Sequence record: DRR723986_5625
Reading direction: 5' to 3' (one strand)
DNA: 64,000 nucleotides
The position numbers and the translations under genes are program-made. Under the pieces are notes generated by a model. It worked only from the letters and a program-made list of their open reading frames with translations, made no database searches and was not told where the DNA came from. Shown piece by piece: positions 1-10,515 of the stretch (position 1 is its first letter; the number at the start of each line of letters is the position of its first letter).

Positions 1-1875
1 GATTTCAACATGGGCGCGATGGAAAACAAGAGCCTCAATATTTTCAATACCTCCTGTGTCCTGGCGTCACCGGATACCACCACCGACGCGGGTTTTCAGC
101 GCATCGAATCGATCGTGGCCCACGAGTACTTCCACAACTGGTCCGGCAACCGGGTGACTTGTCGCGACTGGTTTCAGTTGAGCCTGAAGGAAGGCTTTAC
201 CGTGTTTCGCGACGCGGAGTTTTCCTCTGACATGGGCTCGCGCACGGTAAAGCGCATTGAGGATGTCGCGGTGTTGCGCACCCAGCAGTTTGCCGAGGAC
301 GCGGGTCCGATGGCGCACCCGGTAAGGCCCGATTCCTTTATCGAGATTTCCAATTTCTATACGGTGACGGTGTACGAGAAGGGCGCCGAGGTGGTGCGGA
401 TGATCCATACCCTGTTGGGTGCGGAGGCATTCCGGCGCGGCAGTGACCTGTACTTTGAGCGCCACGACGGGCAGGCGGCAACCTGCGAGGATTTTGTGCG
501 GGCCATGGAAGAGGTCTCGGGCGTTGATCTCGTCCAGTTTCGCCGTTGGTACAGCCAGGCCGGCACGCCGGAGCTGACGGTAAGCGGCGCCTACGACGAG
601 GCTGCCGAGGTCTTCACCTTGCAGGTCAGGCAGCACTGTCCGCCAACGCCGGGCCAGACGGAAAAAGCGGCCTTTGTCATCCCGCTCGCCATGGGCCTGC
701 TGGGCGACGCGGGCAATCTGCCCTTGCGGCTTGACGGTGAAGTGCCGGATACCGAAACCGCCGACAATACACACCGGGTGCTGATCATCGATCAACCGCA
801 GCAGACCTTCCGTTTTGAACAGGTCAGGGAGCGACCGGTGCCCTCGCTGCTCCGGGGTTTCTCCGCGCCGGTGCGGCTGAACTACGACTACAGCCGTGAG
901 GATCTGTGCGCGCTGATGAGCCGTGATGCCGACGGCTTTGTGCGCTGGGATGCGGGTCAGCAGCTCGCGGTGCAGGTGATCCGCGAAGTGGAGCAGCAAC
1001 TGCTGGCCGGCGACGCGCCGACGGTGGATCCCCTGCTGATTGATGCGATGGCGGCGCTGTTGCGTGACACCACGCTGGATCCGGCAATGGTGGCTGAGAT
1101 GGTTTCGCTGCCGGGTGAAAACTATCTGGCGGAGCTGGCCAGCCATGACGGGCAGGCGGACGTGGACGCGATCCATGCGGCGCGCGCTGCGGTGCGCCAG
1201 GAACTGGCGAGTACCCTGGCGGCGTCGTGGCTGACAAGCTATGAGCGCCTGGCGACAGATCAGCCTTATCGGCCCGATGGGTCGCAGATCGCGGCGCGCA
1301 GCCTGCGCAATGCCAGCCTGGGCTACCTGGCGGTAGCCAACCCCTCAGGGGTGGAGCTTGCCCGGGCTCAGTATGCGGCAGCCAGCAATATGACCGACCG
1401 ACTCGCAGCTCTGCGTGCGGTGGCCTTCGAAGGCACCGAGCGGGAGCGCGAGGCAGTACTTGATGATTTTTACCAGCGCTTCCAGGATGACGCCCTGGTG
1501 ATGAACCAGTGGTTTCAGGTGCAGTCGTCGATTCCCGCCGGCGATGGCCTCGCCCGGGTCCGGCAATTGTTGGAACACCCCGCGTTTGACCTGCGCAATC
1601 CCAACAAGGTGCGCTCGCTGGTCGGTAATTTCTCGGCCAATAATCCGATCAACTTTCACCGCGTCGACGGTGAAGGTTATCGCTTCCTCGCGGGGATAGT
1701 CGGTGAACTGGATCGACTGAATCCCCAGATCGCTGCCCGCCTGCTGGCACCGCTGACCAAGTGGCGCAACTACCGCGGTCGCGGCGATTCCATGCGGGCC
1801 CAACTGGAGTGGCTGGCTGCCCGCTCCGGGCTGTCACGCGATGTGTTTGAGGTGGTGAGCCGCTCCCTGGATTGA
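1..1875 (+). CDS. pepN: Aminopeptidase N (M1 family), 5'-truncated by the window edge
   Basis: GAMEN motif, HEYFH...E zinc motif (HEYFHNWSGNRVTCRDWFQLSLKEG), YEKGAEV and C-terminal NPNKVRSL. The frame is open from base 1. Confidence 0.97.
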   Translation, partial: DFNMGAMENKSLNIFNTSCVLASPDTTTDAGFQRIESIVAHEYFHNWSGNRVTCRDWFQLSLKEGFTVFRDAEFSSDMGSRTVKRIEDVAVLRTQQFAEDAGPMAHPVRPDSFIEISNFYTVTVYEKGAEVVRMIHTLLGAEAFRRGSDLYFERHDGQAATCEDFVRAMEEVSGVDLVQFRRWYSQAGTPELTVSGAYDEAAEVFTLQVRQHCPPTPGQTEKAAFVIPLAMGLLGDAGNLPLRLDGEVPDTETADNTHRVLIIDQPQQTFRFEQVRERPVPSLLRGFSAPVRLNYDYSREDLCALMSRDADGFVRWDAGQQLAVQVIREVEQQLLAGDAPTVDPLLIDAMAALLRDTTLDPAMVAEMVSLPGENYLAELASHDGQADVDAIHAARAAVRQELASTLAASWLTSYERLATDQPYRPDGSQIAARSLRNASLGYLAVANPSGVELARAQYAAASNMTDRLAALRAVAFEGTEREREAVLDDFYQRFQDDALVMNQWFQVQSSIPAGDGLARVRQLLEHPAFDLRNPNKVRSLVGNFSANNPINFHRVDGEGYRFLAGIVGELDRLNPQIAARLLAPLTKWRNYRGRGDSMRAQLEWLAARSGLSRDVFEVVSRSLD

Positions 1876-1889
1876 CCCGGGAGGGCGGC

Positions 1890-3095
1890 TCAGAGCGCCA
1901 GGCTGGCGGACCGTCCGCGGCCGATCTGCTGGCGCAGGCGGAAAACCATGTCGTGAGTGGGCAAGTGCTGGCGGGCGTAGGTGGCCCCGCCTTCAGCCAG
2001 CGACCGCCAGCTCGACTTGTCGATCAACAGGCGGCGAATTTGCTGGGCCATATCCCGTGACGAATTCGCCACCGTAATGCCGTCTGGCGACGGACCCCGC
2101 AGCCGGGCGACACCGGCGCTGGTAGTTACGGTGGGAGTGCCGCGGGCGAGGGCATTAACCAGCTTGGTATCAACCCCTCGCTCATAGAGCAGCGGGTCAA
2201 TCGACACCCGGAACGACTCGCCGGCCATTTCCGCTTCCGCCAGGCTCCTGTGAAAGTGGATGTGTGGATCTGCCATCCCGATTGTCAGCAGGTCCAGGTC
2301 GGGATCGCGTCCCACCAGATGCAGCGCCAGCCCTGGAATGGTTGCGCGAAGCTGGGGCAGCACCTGGCGGATAAACCAGCGCAGGCTACGCACATTGTCC
2401 CTGTCGCCCAGGTAGCCCACGTAGACCAGCTGCGGCTTGGTGGAATTGAAATCGCTCGCCGGGCTCTTGTAGGTGCGAAAGCGGCTGTCAACCAGGGCGC
2501 ACTGGAGTTTGCCAAAGGGCACCCCGGCATCCGCCAGCCTGATCGCATCTTCCGGTGTGACGAAGACGTGGTCCACAGAGGCGCAGGCGTCGATTTCGCG
2601 CTTGCGCATGCCCTCGAGCGCGACCTTGTACTCGTTACTGGACCCAGCCTCCGCCCCGATGTCGGCGAAATGCGCCGCATGGGCGTGATAGATGGTTTGC
2701 CCTTCGTAGCCGGTAGGTTGGTAGTAGAAAGCGTAAAAGTGATCGAACACCAGCAGGTCAAAGTCCGGCGCGCGCTGCTGGATCTGCGCTTTGAGATCAT
2801 CACTGAACCGGGTTCGCTTGCCGGGCGAGAGGTAGTGGTTCATTTTCGCCGCCAGCGGATCCTGGACGCTGGCCGCAAGCATGGTGTCAATCATGCCGGT
2901 CATGACGCCATGCAAGCCCAGGGTTTCCCGGGTCGCCGGATCGAGCTTGGTGGCCGCTTCCGGGCAGGCCAGGGTGACGGCGTACTGGTCGCAGAGCAAG
3001 GCCAGTACTTCCATGGTCCTGCCGGCAGACGGGTTGTCCGCCGAGGGCAGCTGGGGGCTGATGAACAATAATGATTGCTTGCGTGCCAAGGGCAT
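1890..3095 (-). CDS. Glycosyltransferase, GT-B fold (GT4-like)
   Basis: C-terminal LVYVGYLG..DN..SLRWF..QVLP and PLLYERGVDTKLVNALARGTPTVTT resemble the GT4 signature. The true start may be TTG at 3089, 6 nt after AGGAG. Confidence 0.75.
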   Translation of the reverse strand: MPLARKQSLLFISPQLPSADNPSAGRTMEVLALLCDQYAVTLACPEAATKLDPATRETLGLHGVMTGMIDTMLAASVQDPLAAKMNHYLSPGKRTRFSDDLKAQIQQRAPDFDLLVFDHFYAFYYQPTGYEGQTIYHAHAAHFADIGAEAGSSNEYKVALEGMRKREIDACASVDHVFVTPEDAIRLADAGVPFGKLQCALVDSRFRTYKSPASDFNSTKPQLVYVGYLGDRDNVRSLRWFIRQVLPQLRATIPGLALHLVGRDPDLDLLTIGMADPHIHFHRSLAEAEMAGESFRVSIDPLLYERGVDTKLVNALARGTPTVTTSAGVARLRGPSPDGITVANSSRDMAQQIRRLLIDKSSWRSLAEGGATYARQHLPTHDMVFRLRQQIGRGRSASLAL

Positions 3096-3247
3096 CTCCT
3101 GGGGAGCAGCCTTCCTTGAAGTTTTACCTGCCGATCCGTCTGCAGGTTTGGACAGTGGCTGTGCAGGTTAATTCCCTGCCGGTTAGCACTTGCGGCTGGC
3201 AGCCACTGGCACGCGCGCTGCCGCTTGTCCGTTGTTGTTGTGTGGCC

Positions 3248-3276
3248 ATCCTACGCCTGACCGCGCATACCCGCAA
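3248..3276 (-). promoter_or_regulatory. Putative sigma70 promoter for the glycosyltransferase
   Basis: Minus strand TTGCGG-N17-TAGGAT, followed by CACACAACAACAAC. Confidence 0.45.
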
Positions 3277-3337
3277 GACAATACGCATTGTCCCCAGCGC
3301 CCGGATCAGTGTTCCCGGCTACTGACTCAGTGCCAGC

Positions 3338-5017
3338 CTAGGTCGGGTATAGCGCCAGCTCCCCTGAATCGGGTTTGCCTGCAGAGCCGGATTTGTTGCG
3401 GCGCGCGGCCTGCAGGAGCGGTTGCAGGCTTGCTGCTTGCCAGTCGTCACCGCCGTTGCCGTAGCTGGCGGTGTCGAGCTCGGTGAGCGCCTGCCGGATT
3501 TCGCCGCCCTCGTCCTCCAGTAGTCGGGCGGCCTGGGCCAGGGTAGTGATCCCCGGGTCAGCGTAGCGCTGCGCCACCCAGGCGATCAGCGCGCTGCGTA
3601 CCGCTCGCGGCTGGTTGGTTGCGCAGGCTGCCATCAGGGTCTTGTACAGCGCGGCTTCCCCGGGCGCCTCAGCGGTCGCTTCGGACGCTGGCCTGGCAGG
3701 GACGCGCCGCAAACGCAGCAGCAGGACCAGGGTTGCCAGCCATCCCGTTGTGCTGACGATCGCCAGCAGCATCCACAGGGAGTCCCCGCGCTCGGTTTCC
3801 CTGGACTGCTGCACGGGGGTTATTTCGATCGGGCCGGTATCCGCAGCCAGCGGCATTTGCCCTGCTGTGACCGGTGCACTGATTTCCAGGGTGCGCGCCG
3901 GCAGTACGGCGTACCTCACCTGTGCGGACTCCGTGTCCCACCAGGGAATGCGGATCTCCGGTATTTCCCAACGCCCGCCGCGGGTTGGCACCAGCGCTGC
4001 GCTGTCCAGCCGTTCGCCGATGATGCCGTTGCCATCTTCACTGTCCGCGATGGCTGGCTGGTCCGGATAGAATTTAAGGCCGTCTACCGGAGGCACCAGG
4101 ATGGGCGGCAGCTGTGCTCCCTGCAGGCCCTCGCCGCGGATACGGATACTGCGGGTGGCGGACTCACCCACCTGCAGCTGCTCCGGTGGTACTGACCAGG
4201 TCTCCTCCAGGGTGAGTTCCCTGGCCGGTAGCCAGGTCGAGCCCGGGAAGCTGGCGGGGCGGGGGAGTACCTCGATGCTGACGGCCTCCGAGCTGCGGCG
4301 AATGGGCCGGCCCGGATTTCCCAGGTCGAACAGACTGCGCCGCGGCTGGCTTTCCCGCGCGGTAAAGGTCTGCGCCGGGATCTGCAGGGTGCCGCTCTGT
4401 TCCGGGAAAATGGCGTAGCGTACCTCGTGTACCAGCCAGGGCCTGCCGTTGAGGGTACGCTGGAAGGAACGCTGCTCCAGCGGTTTAACGAAGGCATCGT
4501 CCAGTTGCAGTTCGGTGATGCTGCGGGCGTCCAGATTGACCGCCTGCTGTACCCGCAGGGTCAGTACCAGCTGGCCCTGAACATAGACCTGTTCCCGGTC
4601 GACTTCCGCTTCGAACAGCACCGTCTCGTTACCTGCCGCCATGCTCGGCGCGGGGCCCACAGAGACCAGGATCAGTGAAGTCCGCACACCGGCAGCAGCC
4701 AGCGGCGGAATCCGCAGGGTACCCTCGCGCCGGGGGCTGATTTCCAGGGTGACCGTGCGGCTGCGGGTGGCCCTGCCGTTGACGATGTTGGTGCTGCTGC
4801 TACTCGAGCGCTGCAGGATCTCCCAGTCCGCCAACAGTGGACGCGGGTCCAGGTCGCTGATGTCCTCGTCATCCGACGCGGTGACAACAAGGCGCAGGGT
4901 GTCACCGAGGGATACCCGGTCACGGTCGACGCTGGCGGTGACGGCGGCCTCTGCCACCGTCCCGGTCACTGCCAGAAGCAGCAGCAGGCAGCGGATCCAC
5001 TTACCAGTAGCTGTCAT
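3338..5017 (-). CDS. batD: BatD-family protein
   Basis: Start re-called at ATG 5017 (MTATGKWIRCLLLLLAVTGTVAEA signal peptide). It has the ASVDR, YAIFP, LKFYPDQP and IPWWDT motifs and a C-terminal TM helix, and is the last gene of the Bat operon. Confidence 0.88.
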   Translation of the reverse strand: MTATGKWIRCLLLLLAVTGTVAEAAVTASVDRDRVSLGDTLRLVVTASDDEDISDLDPRPLLADWEILQRSSSSSTNIVNGRATRSRTVTLEISPRREGTLRIPPLAAAGVRTSLILVSVGPAPSMAAGNETVLFEAEVDREQVYVQGQLVLTLRVQQAVNLDARSITELQLDDAFVKPLEQRSFQRTLNGRPWLVHEVRYAIFPEQSGTLQIPAQTFTARESQPRRSLFDLGNPGRPIRRSSEAVSIEVLPRPASFPGSTWLPARELTLEETWSVPPEQLQVGESATRSIRIRGEGLQGAQLPPILVPPVDGLKFYPDQPAIADSEDGNGIIGERLDSAALVPTRGGRWEIPEIRIPWWDTESAQVRYAVLPARTLEISAPVTAGQMPLAADTGPIEITPVQQSRETERGDSLWMLLAIVSTTGWLATLVLLLRLRRVPARPASEATAEAPGEAALYKTLMAACATNQPRAVRSALIAWVAQRYADPGITTLAQAARLLEDEGGEIRQALTELDTASYGNGGDDWQAASLQPLLQAARRNKSGSAGKPDSGELALYPT

Positions 5018-6815
5018 CGCGTTCGCTCTCTCCCTGTCGTTGCCGTTGCCGGCTTTCGTAGCGGAATTTTTCTCGTAGCAGGCCGGAGGGGTCATCGGGT
5101 ACCCGACGCAGCCACTGCTCCATCGCCTGGTCGCGCTCCAGGTCTTCGGCCAGTTCCGGTATCTCGATATCCGGATTCTGTTCGGGGGGCATCTGGTCAG
5201 CCTGCTCGCCGGACTCGGACGATTCATCGGCAGGTTCCTGTTCCCCGGGTTCGCCAGTCTGCTCGGGTTCCTGCTGTTCCCCGCTTTGCTGTTGGTTCTG
5301 CTGCTCGGAGGACTGCTGCTGGTCTGACTGTTCACCCTGCTGGTCCTGCGACTGCTGCTCGCCCTCGCCGGTGCTCTGCTGATCCTGCCGCTGTTCACCC
5401 GCTTGCTCACCGTCCTGTGAATCCTGTGCCTGCTGCTGGTCCTGCTGTTGCTTCATTTGCTCCAGCAGGGCGAGATTTTCCTCGGCATCCTGGCGCCCCG
5501 GCGCCAGCTCAAGGGATTGGCGGTAGGCATTGATGGCTTCCTCGAGGCGACCGGCGCGCGCCAGGGCATTGCCCTGGTTGTACCAGCCATCGGCGCTGGT
5601 ATTGCTGCCAAAGCGCGTTGCGGCGGTTTCGTAATCACCACCCTCGTAGGCAGCGGCGGCGGCCCAGTCCTGGTTGTCGAAAAGAGCGCTGGCTTGCTGT
5701 GGATCGCCTGACCGCAGTGCCCGCAGGCCCTGTTGGTCGGGAGTCAGCCACAGGTCGTCCCAGTCCTGGGCAGCGGCGGGCTCCGGCCTTGCCATCAGCA
5801 GCAGTGGCAGGGCGATGCTGACCAGCATCCCGCGGCGGAACAGGAGCAGGGCGCAGGGCAGCAGGGCAAGAATGAACCAGTATCCCTGGTCTTCCCAGGT
5901 GTCCGCGGTGCGATCCAGGGCCCGGGTTTCGCCGTCCCCGGGAAGCGGGCGATCGGCCAGCAGCTGATCGAGGTCGCGCTCATCGATCTGCATTGCCCGG
6001 TAGCGGCCGCCGGCGAGCGCGGCCAGGTCCTGCAGGACCTGTTCTTCCAGGCCCGGGATCACGATGGTGCCCTCGCTGTCCTTGAGAAAGCCTCCCCGGG
6101 GCAGGGGTATGGGGGCACCGGTTGCAGTACCAATGCCCAGCACCGACAGTTCGGCTCCGCTGCCCGCCAGCATACGGGTGATGCGGTCCAGCTGTGTGTC
6201 GCGCACCCCGTCGGTGAGCAGCAGGATGCGACCATCACGGATGCCAGCCGACTGCAGCAGTGACAGGGCCAGTTCAATCGCGGCGGCGGTATCGGAGCCT
6301 GGCAGCGGCATCATGTCGGGATGCAGGGCGGGGAGCAGGTTGGCGATGGTCGGATTGTCGTCAGTCAGCGGGGTGACGATGTGGGCGTCGCCGGCATAGG
6401 CGATGAGGCCGGTAACACCCTCGCGGCGTCGTTCCAGCAGGTCGAGTAATTTCTGCCGTGCCCGGTCGATGCGCGAGGGGGCGAGATCGGCTGCCTTCAT
6501 CGAGTAGCTCAAGTCCAGGACCAGCACCAGGGCGTCCTGCTTCTGGTGGATCGGTTGCGGTATCTGGCGCCAGCTCGGGCCGGTGGCGGCGAAGACCGCC
6601 AGCACCCAGGCCAGCAGTACGGGCAGCAGCTTGCCGCGCCGCGCCGTGTTCTGGTCACCCAGCAGGTAGGGCAGCAACTCCGGTGCAATTACCGTGCTCC
6701 AGCTGCCCGAGCGGCCGCGGGCGCGCCATAGCAGCAGGGTCAGCAGCAGCGCGGGCAGCAGGGCCCACAGCCATTCCGGCCGCAGCAGGTGAAAGCTGTT
6801 ATTGAACAGGCTCAC
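5001..6815 (-). CDS. VWA + TPR domain protein (BatB/BatC-like fusion)
   Basis: LRPEWLW N-terminus, MIDAS DLSYSM, PLTDD, LLTDG, TPR WYNQGNALA, a Q/E-rich linker and C-terminal QWLRRVPDDPSGLLREKF. Confidence 0.9.
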   Translation of the reverse strand: MSLFNNSFHLLRPEWLWALLPALLLTLLLWRARGRSGSWSTVIAPELLPYLLGDQNTARRGKLLPVLLAWVLAVFAATGPSWRQIPQPIHQKQDALVLVLDLSYSMKAADLAPSRIDRARQKLLDLLERRREGVTGLIAYAGDAHIVTPLTDDNPTIANLLPALHPDMMPLPGSDTAAAIELALSLLQSAGIRDGRILLLTDGVRDTQLDRITRMLAGSGAELSVLGIGTATGAPIPLPRGGFLKDSEGTIVIPGLEEQVLQDLAALAGGRYRAMQIDERDLDQLLADRPLPGDGETRALDRTADTWEDQGYWFILALLPCALLLFRRGMLVSIALPLLLMARPEPAAAQDWDDLWLTPDQQGLRALRSGDPQQASALFDNQDWAAAAAYEGGDYETAATRFGSNTSADGWYNQGNALARAGRLEEAINAYRQSLELAPGRQDAEENLALLEQMKQQQDQQQAQDSQDGEQAGEQRQDQQSTGEGEQQSQDQQGEQSDQQQSSEQQNQQQSGEQQEPEQTGEPGEQEPADESSESGEQADQMPPEQNPDIEIPELAEDLERDQAMEQWLRRVPDDPSGLLREKFRYESRQRQRQGESERDDSYW

Positions 6816-7861
6816 GTCCCGGGCTCCCGCTCAACCGACGGGCTGCCGGCCAGGTGCCAGCCGGCGGTGTGCACCGCCTGACGCAGGGCCAGCAGGAAGC
6901 TCAGCAGCAGGGCAGCCGCCAGCGGCCAGTAACCCAGCGCCTGGCGGGGCCGGTACACCGCGGCCTCCTGCTCAACCGGTTCCAGTTGGTCAAGGACCGC
7001 ATAGATATTGGCCAGCCCCTGGGGATTGCGGGCCCGGAAATAGCGGCCACCGGTGGTGCTTGCAATTTTTTGCAAACCCTCTTCATCCAGCTCCGCAGAG
7101 GGGTTTACCTGGCGGCTACCGAAGCTGGAGCCGAACAGTCCGGGCAAGGTCATCTCATCGGCGCCAATGCCAATGGTGTAGATGCGGATACCCAGGTCCC
7201 GGGCGAGACCCGCGGCCTCCAGCGGGGCCACGGTGCTTGCGGTGTCCTGGCCGTCGGTCAGCAAGACCAGCACTCGGCTGTCTGCAGGTCGCTCCCGCAG
7301 CCGTTTGACGGCCAGGCCAATGGCGTCGCCGATAGCCGTCTCCTGGCCGGCGAAGCCGATCTGGGCCTCGATCAGGAAGCGGCGCACTGTGCTGGTGTCA
7401 AAACTGAGCGGGGACTGCACATAAGCGTTGCTGCCAAACAGGATCAGCCCCAGCCGGTCGCCGGTGCGGCGCTGGATAAAGTCAGCACCGACCTGTTTCA
7501 CCGCGTCGATGCGGCGGGCCACCACGTTGCCCAGGGGCATATCCTCGATGCGCATGCTGCCCGAGATGTCGACTGCGAGCATGAGGTCACGGCCGCTGTT
7601 AGGCAGCTCGATCGGCTCGCCAATCCACACCGGTCGGGCCGCAGCCAGCAGCAGGCATACCCAGAGCAGCCACAGGCCCAGGCCGGCGAGCCAGCCTCCG
7701 GGCCGGCCTGAGCTCACCTGGCGCTGGCTGAGCTGCTGCCAGTCAGAAAAGAACGGGGCGTGCAGGGCGGCTTCCTCGCTGCCACGGGGGGGCAGCAGGC
7801 GGCGCACCAGCCACGGCAGGGGCAAGAGCAGCGGAACCCAGGGCCAGAGCCATTCGATCAT
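6812..7861 (-). CDS. batA: VWA domain protein (BatA-like)
   Basis: MIDAS DISGSM, GDRLGLILFG, TAIGDA, LLTDG, TGGRYFRA, with TM helices at both ends. Confidence 0.9.
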   Translation of the reverse strand: MIEWLWPWVPLLLPLPWLVRRLLPPRGSEEAALHAPFFSDWQQLSQRQVSSGRPGGWLAGLGLWLLWVCLLLAAARPVWIGEPIELPNSGRDLMLAVDISGSMRIEDMPLGNVVARRIDAVKQVGADFIQRRTGDRLGLILFGSNAYVQSPLSFDTSTVRRFLIEAQIGFAGQETAIGDAIGLAVKRLRERPADSRVLVLLTDGQDTASTVAPLEAAGLARDLGIRIYTIGIGADEMTLPGLFGSSFGSRQVNPSAELDEEGLQKIASTTGGRYFRARNPQGLANIYAVLDQLEPVEQEAAVYRPRQALGYWPLAAALLLSFLLALRQAVHTAGWHLAGSPSVEREPGT

Positions 7862-8349
7862 TTGACCAGCGCCTGTTGTGGCAGGGGGCGGTGGTGCTGG
7901 ATCCAGTGTGCCGCCGCCCGGTAAAGAGCATCGGCATCTATCGCCACCGATGCGCGGTAGGGACCGGCAGCGAGCTCCGCGGGCAGTGCCGGGCCCTCAC
8001 CGGCGGTCGCCGCCAGGAACGCGAGCCAGGGTTCGCCGCTGGTGGCCGCGATCTCCCGTCGGGGATAGGCCCTGAGCGCCACGCTCTTGAGCAAGGCGTT
8101 AACCGCCGCGGCAAAGCGACCACTGTCCTGGTCCGCCTGCAGACGCTGATGCAGTGCTGCCAGCTGGCGCAGGCCCTGGCGGCGGTAGGCCGCGCGCTGG
8201 TAACGGCGCCACAGCCACCAGAGGAGTACCAGCAGTACCAGCAGCAGTAGCGCCAGCAATAACCACCAGCCAGGCGCCGGCGGCCACCAGTGAATAGGTG
8301 CCGGCTCGCGCAGCGGGTGGAGGGCGGCGAGGGGGTCCTGCGGATTCAC
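7858..8349 (-). CDS. DUF4381 family membrane protein
   Basis: WWPPAPGWW motif, TM helix, YRR..L and LLKSVAL, in the typical position between DUF58 and BatA. Confidence 0.85.
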   Translation of the reverse strand: MNPQDPLAALHPLREPAPIHWWPPAPGWWLLLALLLLVLLVLLWWLWRRYQRAAYRRQGLRQLAALHQRLQADQDSGRFAAAVNALLKSVALRAYPRREIAATSGEPWLAFLAATAGEGPALPAELAAGPYRASVAIDADALYRAAAHWIQHHRPLPQQALVK

Positions 8350-9287
8350 CGGCGGCGCTCCCCGTAAAAATTCTGCAGCAGTGCGAAGGGCGGCTGGTCG
8401 GTAGCTGCCCGCAGCAGGGGAATGCCCAGTCGGCTGAGATCGCTCTCCAGCTGCGCGTCGCGAGCGGCCATGGTGGCGTGGAAGTCGGTCTGCAAGCGCC
8501 GATCACCGGTGCTCAGTTCGCTGCGTTCGCTGCCATCGGTCACCGCGTAGCGTCCGGCCCGAGGCAGCTGCAGTTCCAGTGGGTCGCGGCATACCAGCGC
8601 CGTGATCTCGGTGTGCTGGGCCAGTTGGTACATGTGCTCGCGGGCGCGGTCGCTGTTGGCGCCCTGGAAGTCGCTGATCAGGAACAGGCTGCTTCCCGGC
8701 CGCGCGATGCGCCGCAGATTGGCCAGCAGTTCTTCGAAGCGCTCCGCCTGTGGTGGCGTGGTCGATGGCAGGGCGTGGTTGTACTGCTCGAGCTCCGAGA
8801 GCAGGCCGAGAACGGTCTTGCGGCTGCGTCGGGGACGAATATCCCGATGCCCACTGTCGTTGAATACGAGACCGCCGACCCGCTCGCCGTTGTCGAGTGC
8901 GCTCCAGGCCAGCAGGCTGGCGAGTTGGGCCGCGAGTACCGACTTGAAGCAATGGCTGGACCCGAAAAACATACTGCCGCGCTGGTCGACCACCACCAGC
9001 ACCGGGCGCTCACGTTCCTCGCGAAACAGCTTGGTATGTGCCTGTCCGGTGCGCGCCGTCACCCGCCAGTCAATGGTGCGGATATCGTCGCCGGGCTGAT
9101 AGCTGCGGACTTCCTCGAAGTCGATACCGCGCGCCCTGAAATTGGACTTGTTGGGACCGGCCAGGGCGCTCAGGGCGCGGCTCTTGCGGGTGATCTTCAG
9201 CTTGCGCGCGGGAAAGCGCAGGGCGATCAGGTCCGTCAGGGCCGCATAGGCCCCGCGGGCCGGCAGCGAGATGTCCTGCAGCGGCAT
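8346..9287 (-). CDS. DUF58 domain protein
   Basis: GIDFEEVRSYQPGDDIRTIDWRVTAR, ERERP, DQRGSMFFGS and LISDF. Confidence 0.93.
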   Translation of the reverse strand: MPLQDISLPARGAYAALTDLIALRFPARKLKITRKSRALSALAGPNKSNFRARGIDFEEVRSYQPGDDIRTIDWRVTARTGQAHTKLFREERERPVLVVVDQRGSMFFGSSHCFKSVLAAQLASLLAWSALDNGERVGGLVFNDSGHRDIRPRRSRKTVLGLLSELEQYNHALPSTTPPQAERFEELLANLRRIARPGSSLFLISDFQGANSDRAREHMYQLAQHTEITALVCRDPLELQLPRAGRYAVTDGSERSELSTGDRRLQTDFHATMAARDAQLESDLSRLGIPLLRAATDQPPFALLQNFYGERRR

Positions 9288-9297
9288 GGCGACTCGA

Positions 9298-10254
9298 TCA
9301 GCCCACCGGTACCAGGGCCAGCAGCTCGCGGGTCACGTCATCCGGCGTGACGCCGTTGGCTTCGGCCTCGAAGCTGAGCAGCAGGCGATGGCGCAGCACG
9401 TCGCCGGCCACGGCCTGCACGTCATCCGGGCTGACGTAGTCGTGGCCCTGCAGCCAGGCGTGGGCGCGTGCGCAGCGATCCAGGGCGATGGTCGCCCGGG
9501 GACTGCCGCCATATTCGATCCAGCCGGCCAGTTGTTCGGAGTAGCTGCCGGGATTCCGGGTAGCCATGACCAGTTGCACGATGTACTGCTCCACGGGCTC
9601 CGCCATATGCATGGCCAGCACCTCGCGGCGGGCTTCGAACACGCGATCCTGGCTCAGCGGCTGGATCGCCGGCCCCGGCGCGCTGGACGCCTCGGCGCGG
9701 GTGAGCCGGAGGATTTCAGTTTCGGCGCTGGCATCCGGATAATCCACGTTAACGTGCAGCAGGAAGCGATCCAGCTGGGCCTCGGGCAGTGGATAGGTCC
9801 CTTCCTGTTCGATCGGGTTCTGGGTCGCCATGACCAGGAACAGCTCGGGCAGGTCGTAGGTCTGGCTGCCGACACTGACCTGGCGTTCGGCCATCGCTTC
9901 CAGCAGCGCGGACTGGACCTTGGCCGGTGCCCGGTTAACCTCATCGGCGAGCACGAGATTGTGAAAGATGGGACCTTTCTGGAAATGGAAGCTCGCTTCC
10001 TGGGGCCGGTAGATCTCGGTTCCTGTCACATCGCCCGGCAGCAGGTCGGGGGTGAACTGGACCCGGTGGAAGCTGCCCTCCAGGCCCTGGGCCAGGGACT
10101 TGATGGCGCGGGTCTTGGCCAGACCCGGTGCACCCTCGACCAGCAGGTGGCCATCCGCGAGCAGTGCAATGAGCAGTCGTTGCACGAGGTGAGCCTGGCC
10201 GATGATCTGCTGGCTCAGCCAGTTTTCCAATACTCTGAGGTCTGCGCTCGTCAC
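9298..10254 (-). CDS. moxR: MoxR family AAA+ ATPase (MRP subfamily)
   Basis: Walker A GAPGLAKT, RVQFTPDLLP, LADEVNRAPAKVQSALLEAM and ATQNPIEQEGTYPLPEAQLDRF. Start re-called at GTG 10254 after AGGAG. Confidence 0.93.
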   Translation of the reverse strand: MTSADLRVLENWLSQQIIGQAHLVQRLLIALLADGHLLVEGAPGLAKTRAIKSLAQGLEGSFHRVQFTPDLLPGDVTGTEIYRPQEASFHFQKGPIFHNLVLADEVNRAPAKVQSALLEAMAERQVSVGSQTYDLPELFLVMATQNPIEQEGTYPLPEAQLDRFLLHVNVDYPDASAETEILRLTRAEASSAPGPAIQPLSQDRVFEARREVLAMHMAEPVEQYIVQLVMATRNPGSYSEQLAGWIEYGGSPRATIALDRCARAHAWLQGHDYVSPDDVQAVAGDVLRHRLLLSFEAEANGVTPDDVTRELLALVPVG

Positions 10255-10515
10255 GCTCACTCCTGTAATCAGCTGGTTTATCAGATTGTCCGCGCCTGCT
10301 TTACATCGGCGTGGCCCCTTGGGAGCGCGCATTCTATAGCAGGTGCGCATGGCTTCCAAACCCGTGGTGTGGCTGGCAAGCGCGCTCAGTGTGACTTTTC
10401 ACCAACGTGAAAGTTCCCGCTTCGGGCTACATCGCCAGACTGATGAGCTAGACTAGGGCAGCATAAGAAAGTGACGTCACAAGGCGTCTGTCAGCCTGGA
10501 GATAGCCCGCACGCC

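Noticed and set aside
3207-3221. Sigma54-like TGGCAC-N5-CTGC on the + strand
   Set aside because: No + strand gene or terminator follows and the -12 is imperfect, so it is probably chance.
5018-5410. 131-aa Ser/Arg-rich N-terminal extension of the BatD ORF in the track
   Set aside because: It is an alternative-frame read of the Q/E-rich tail of the upstream VWA-TPR gene. A signal peptide begins at ATG 5017.
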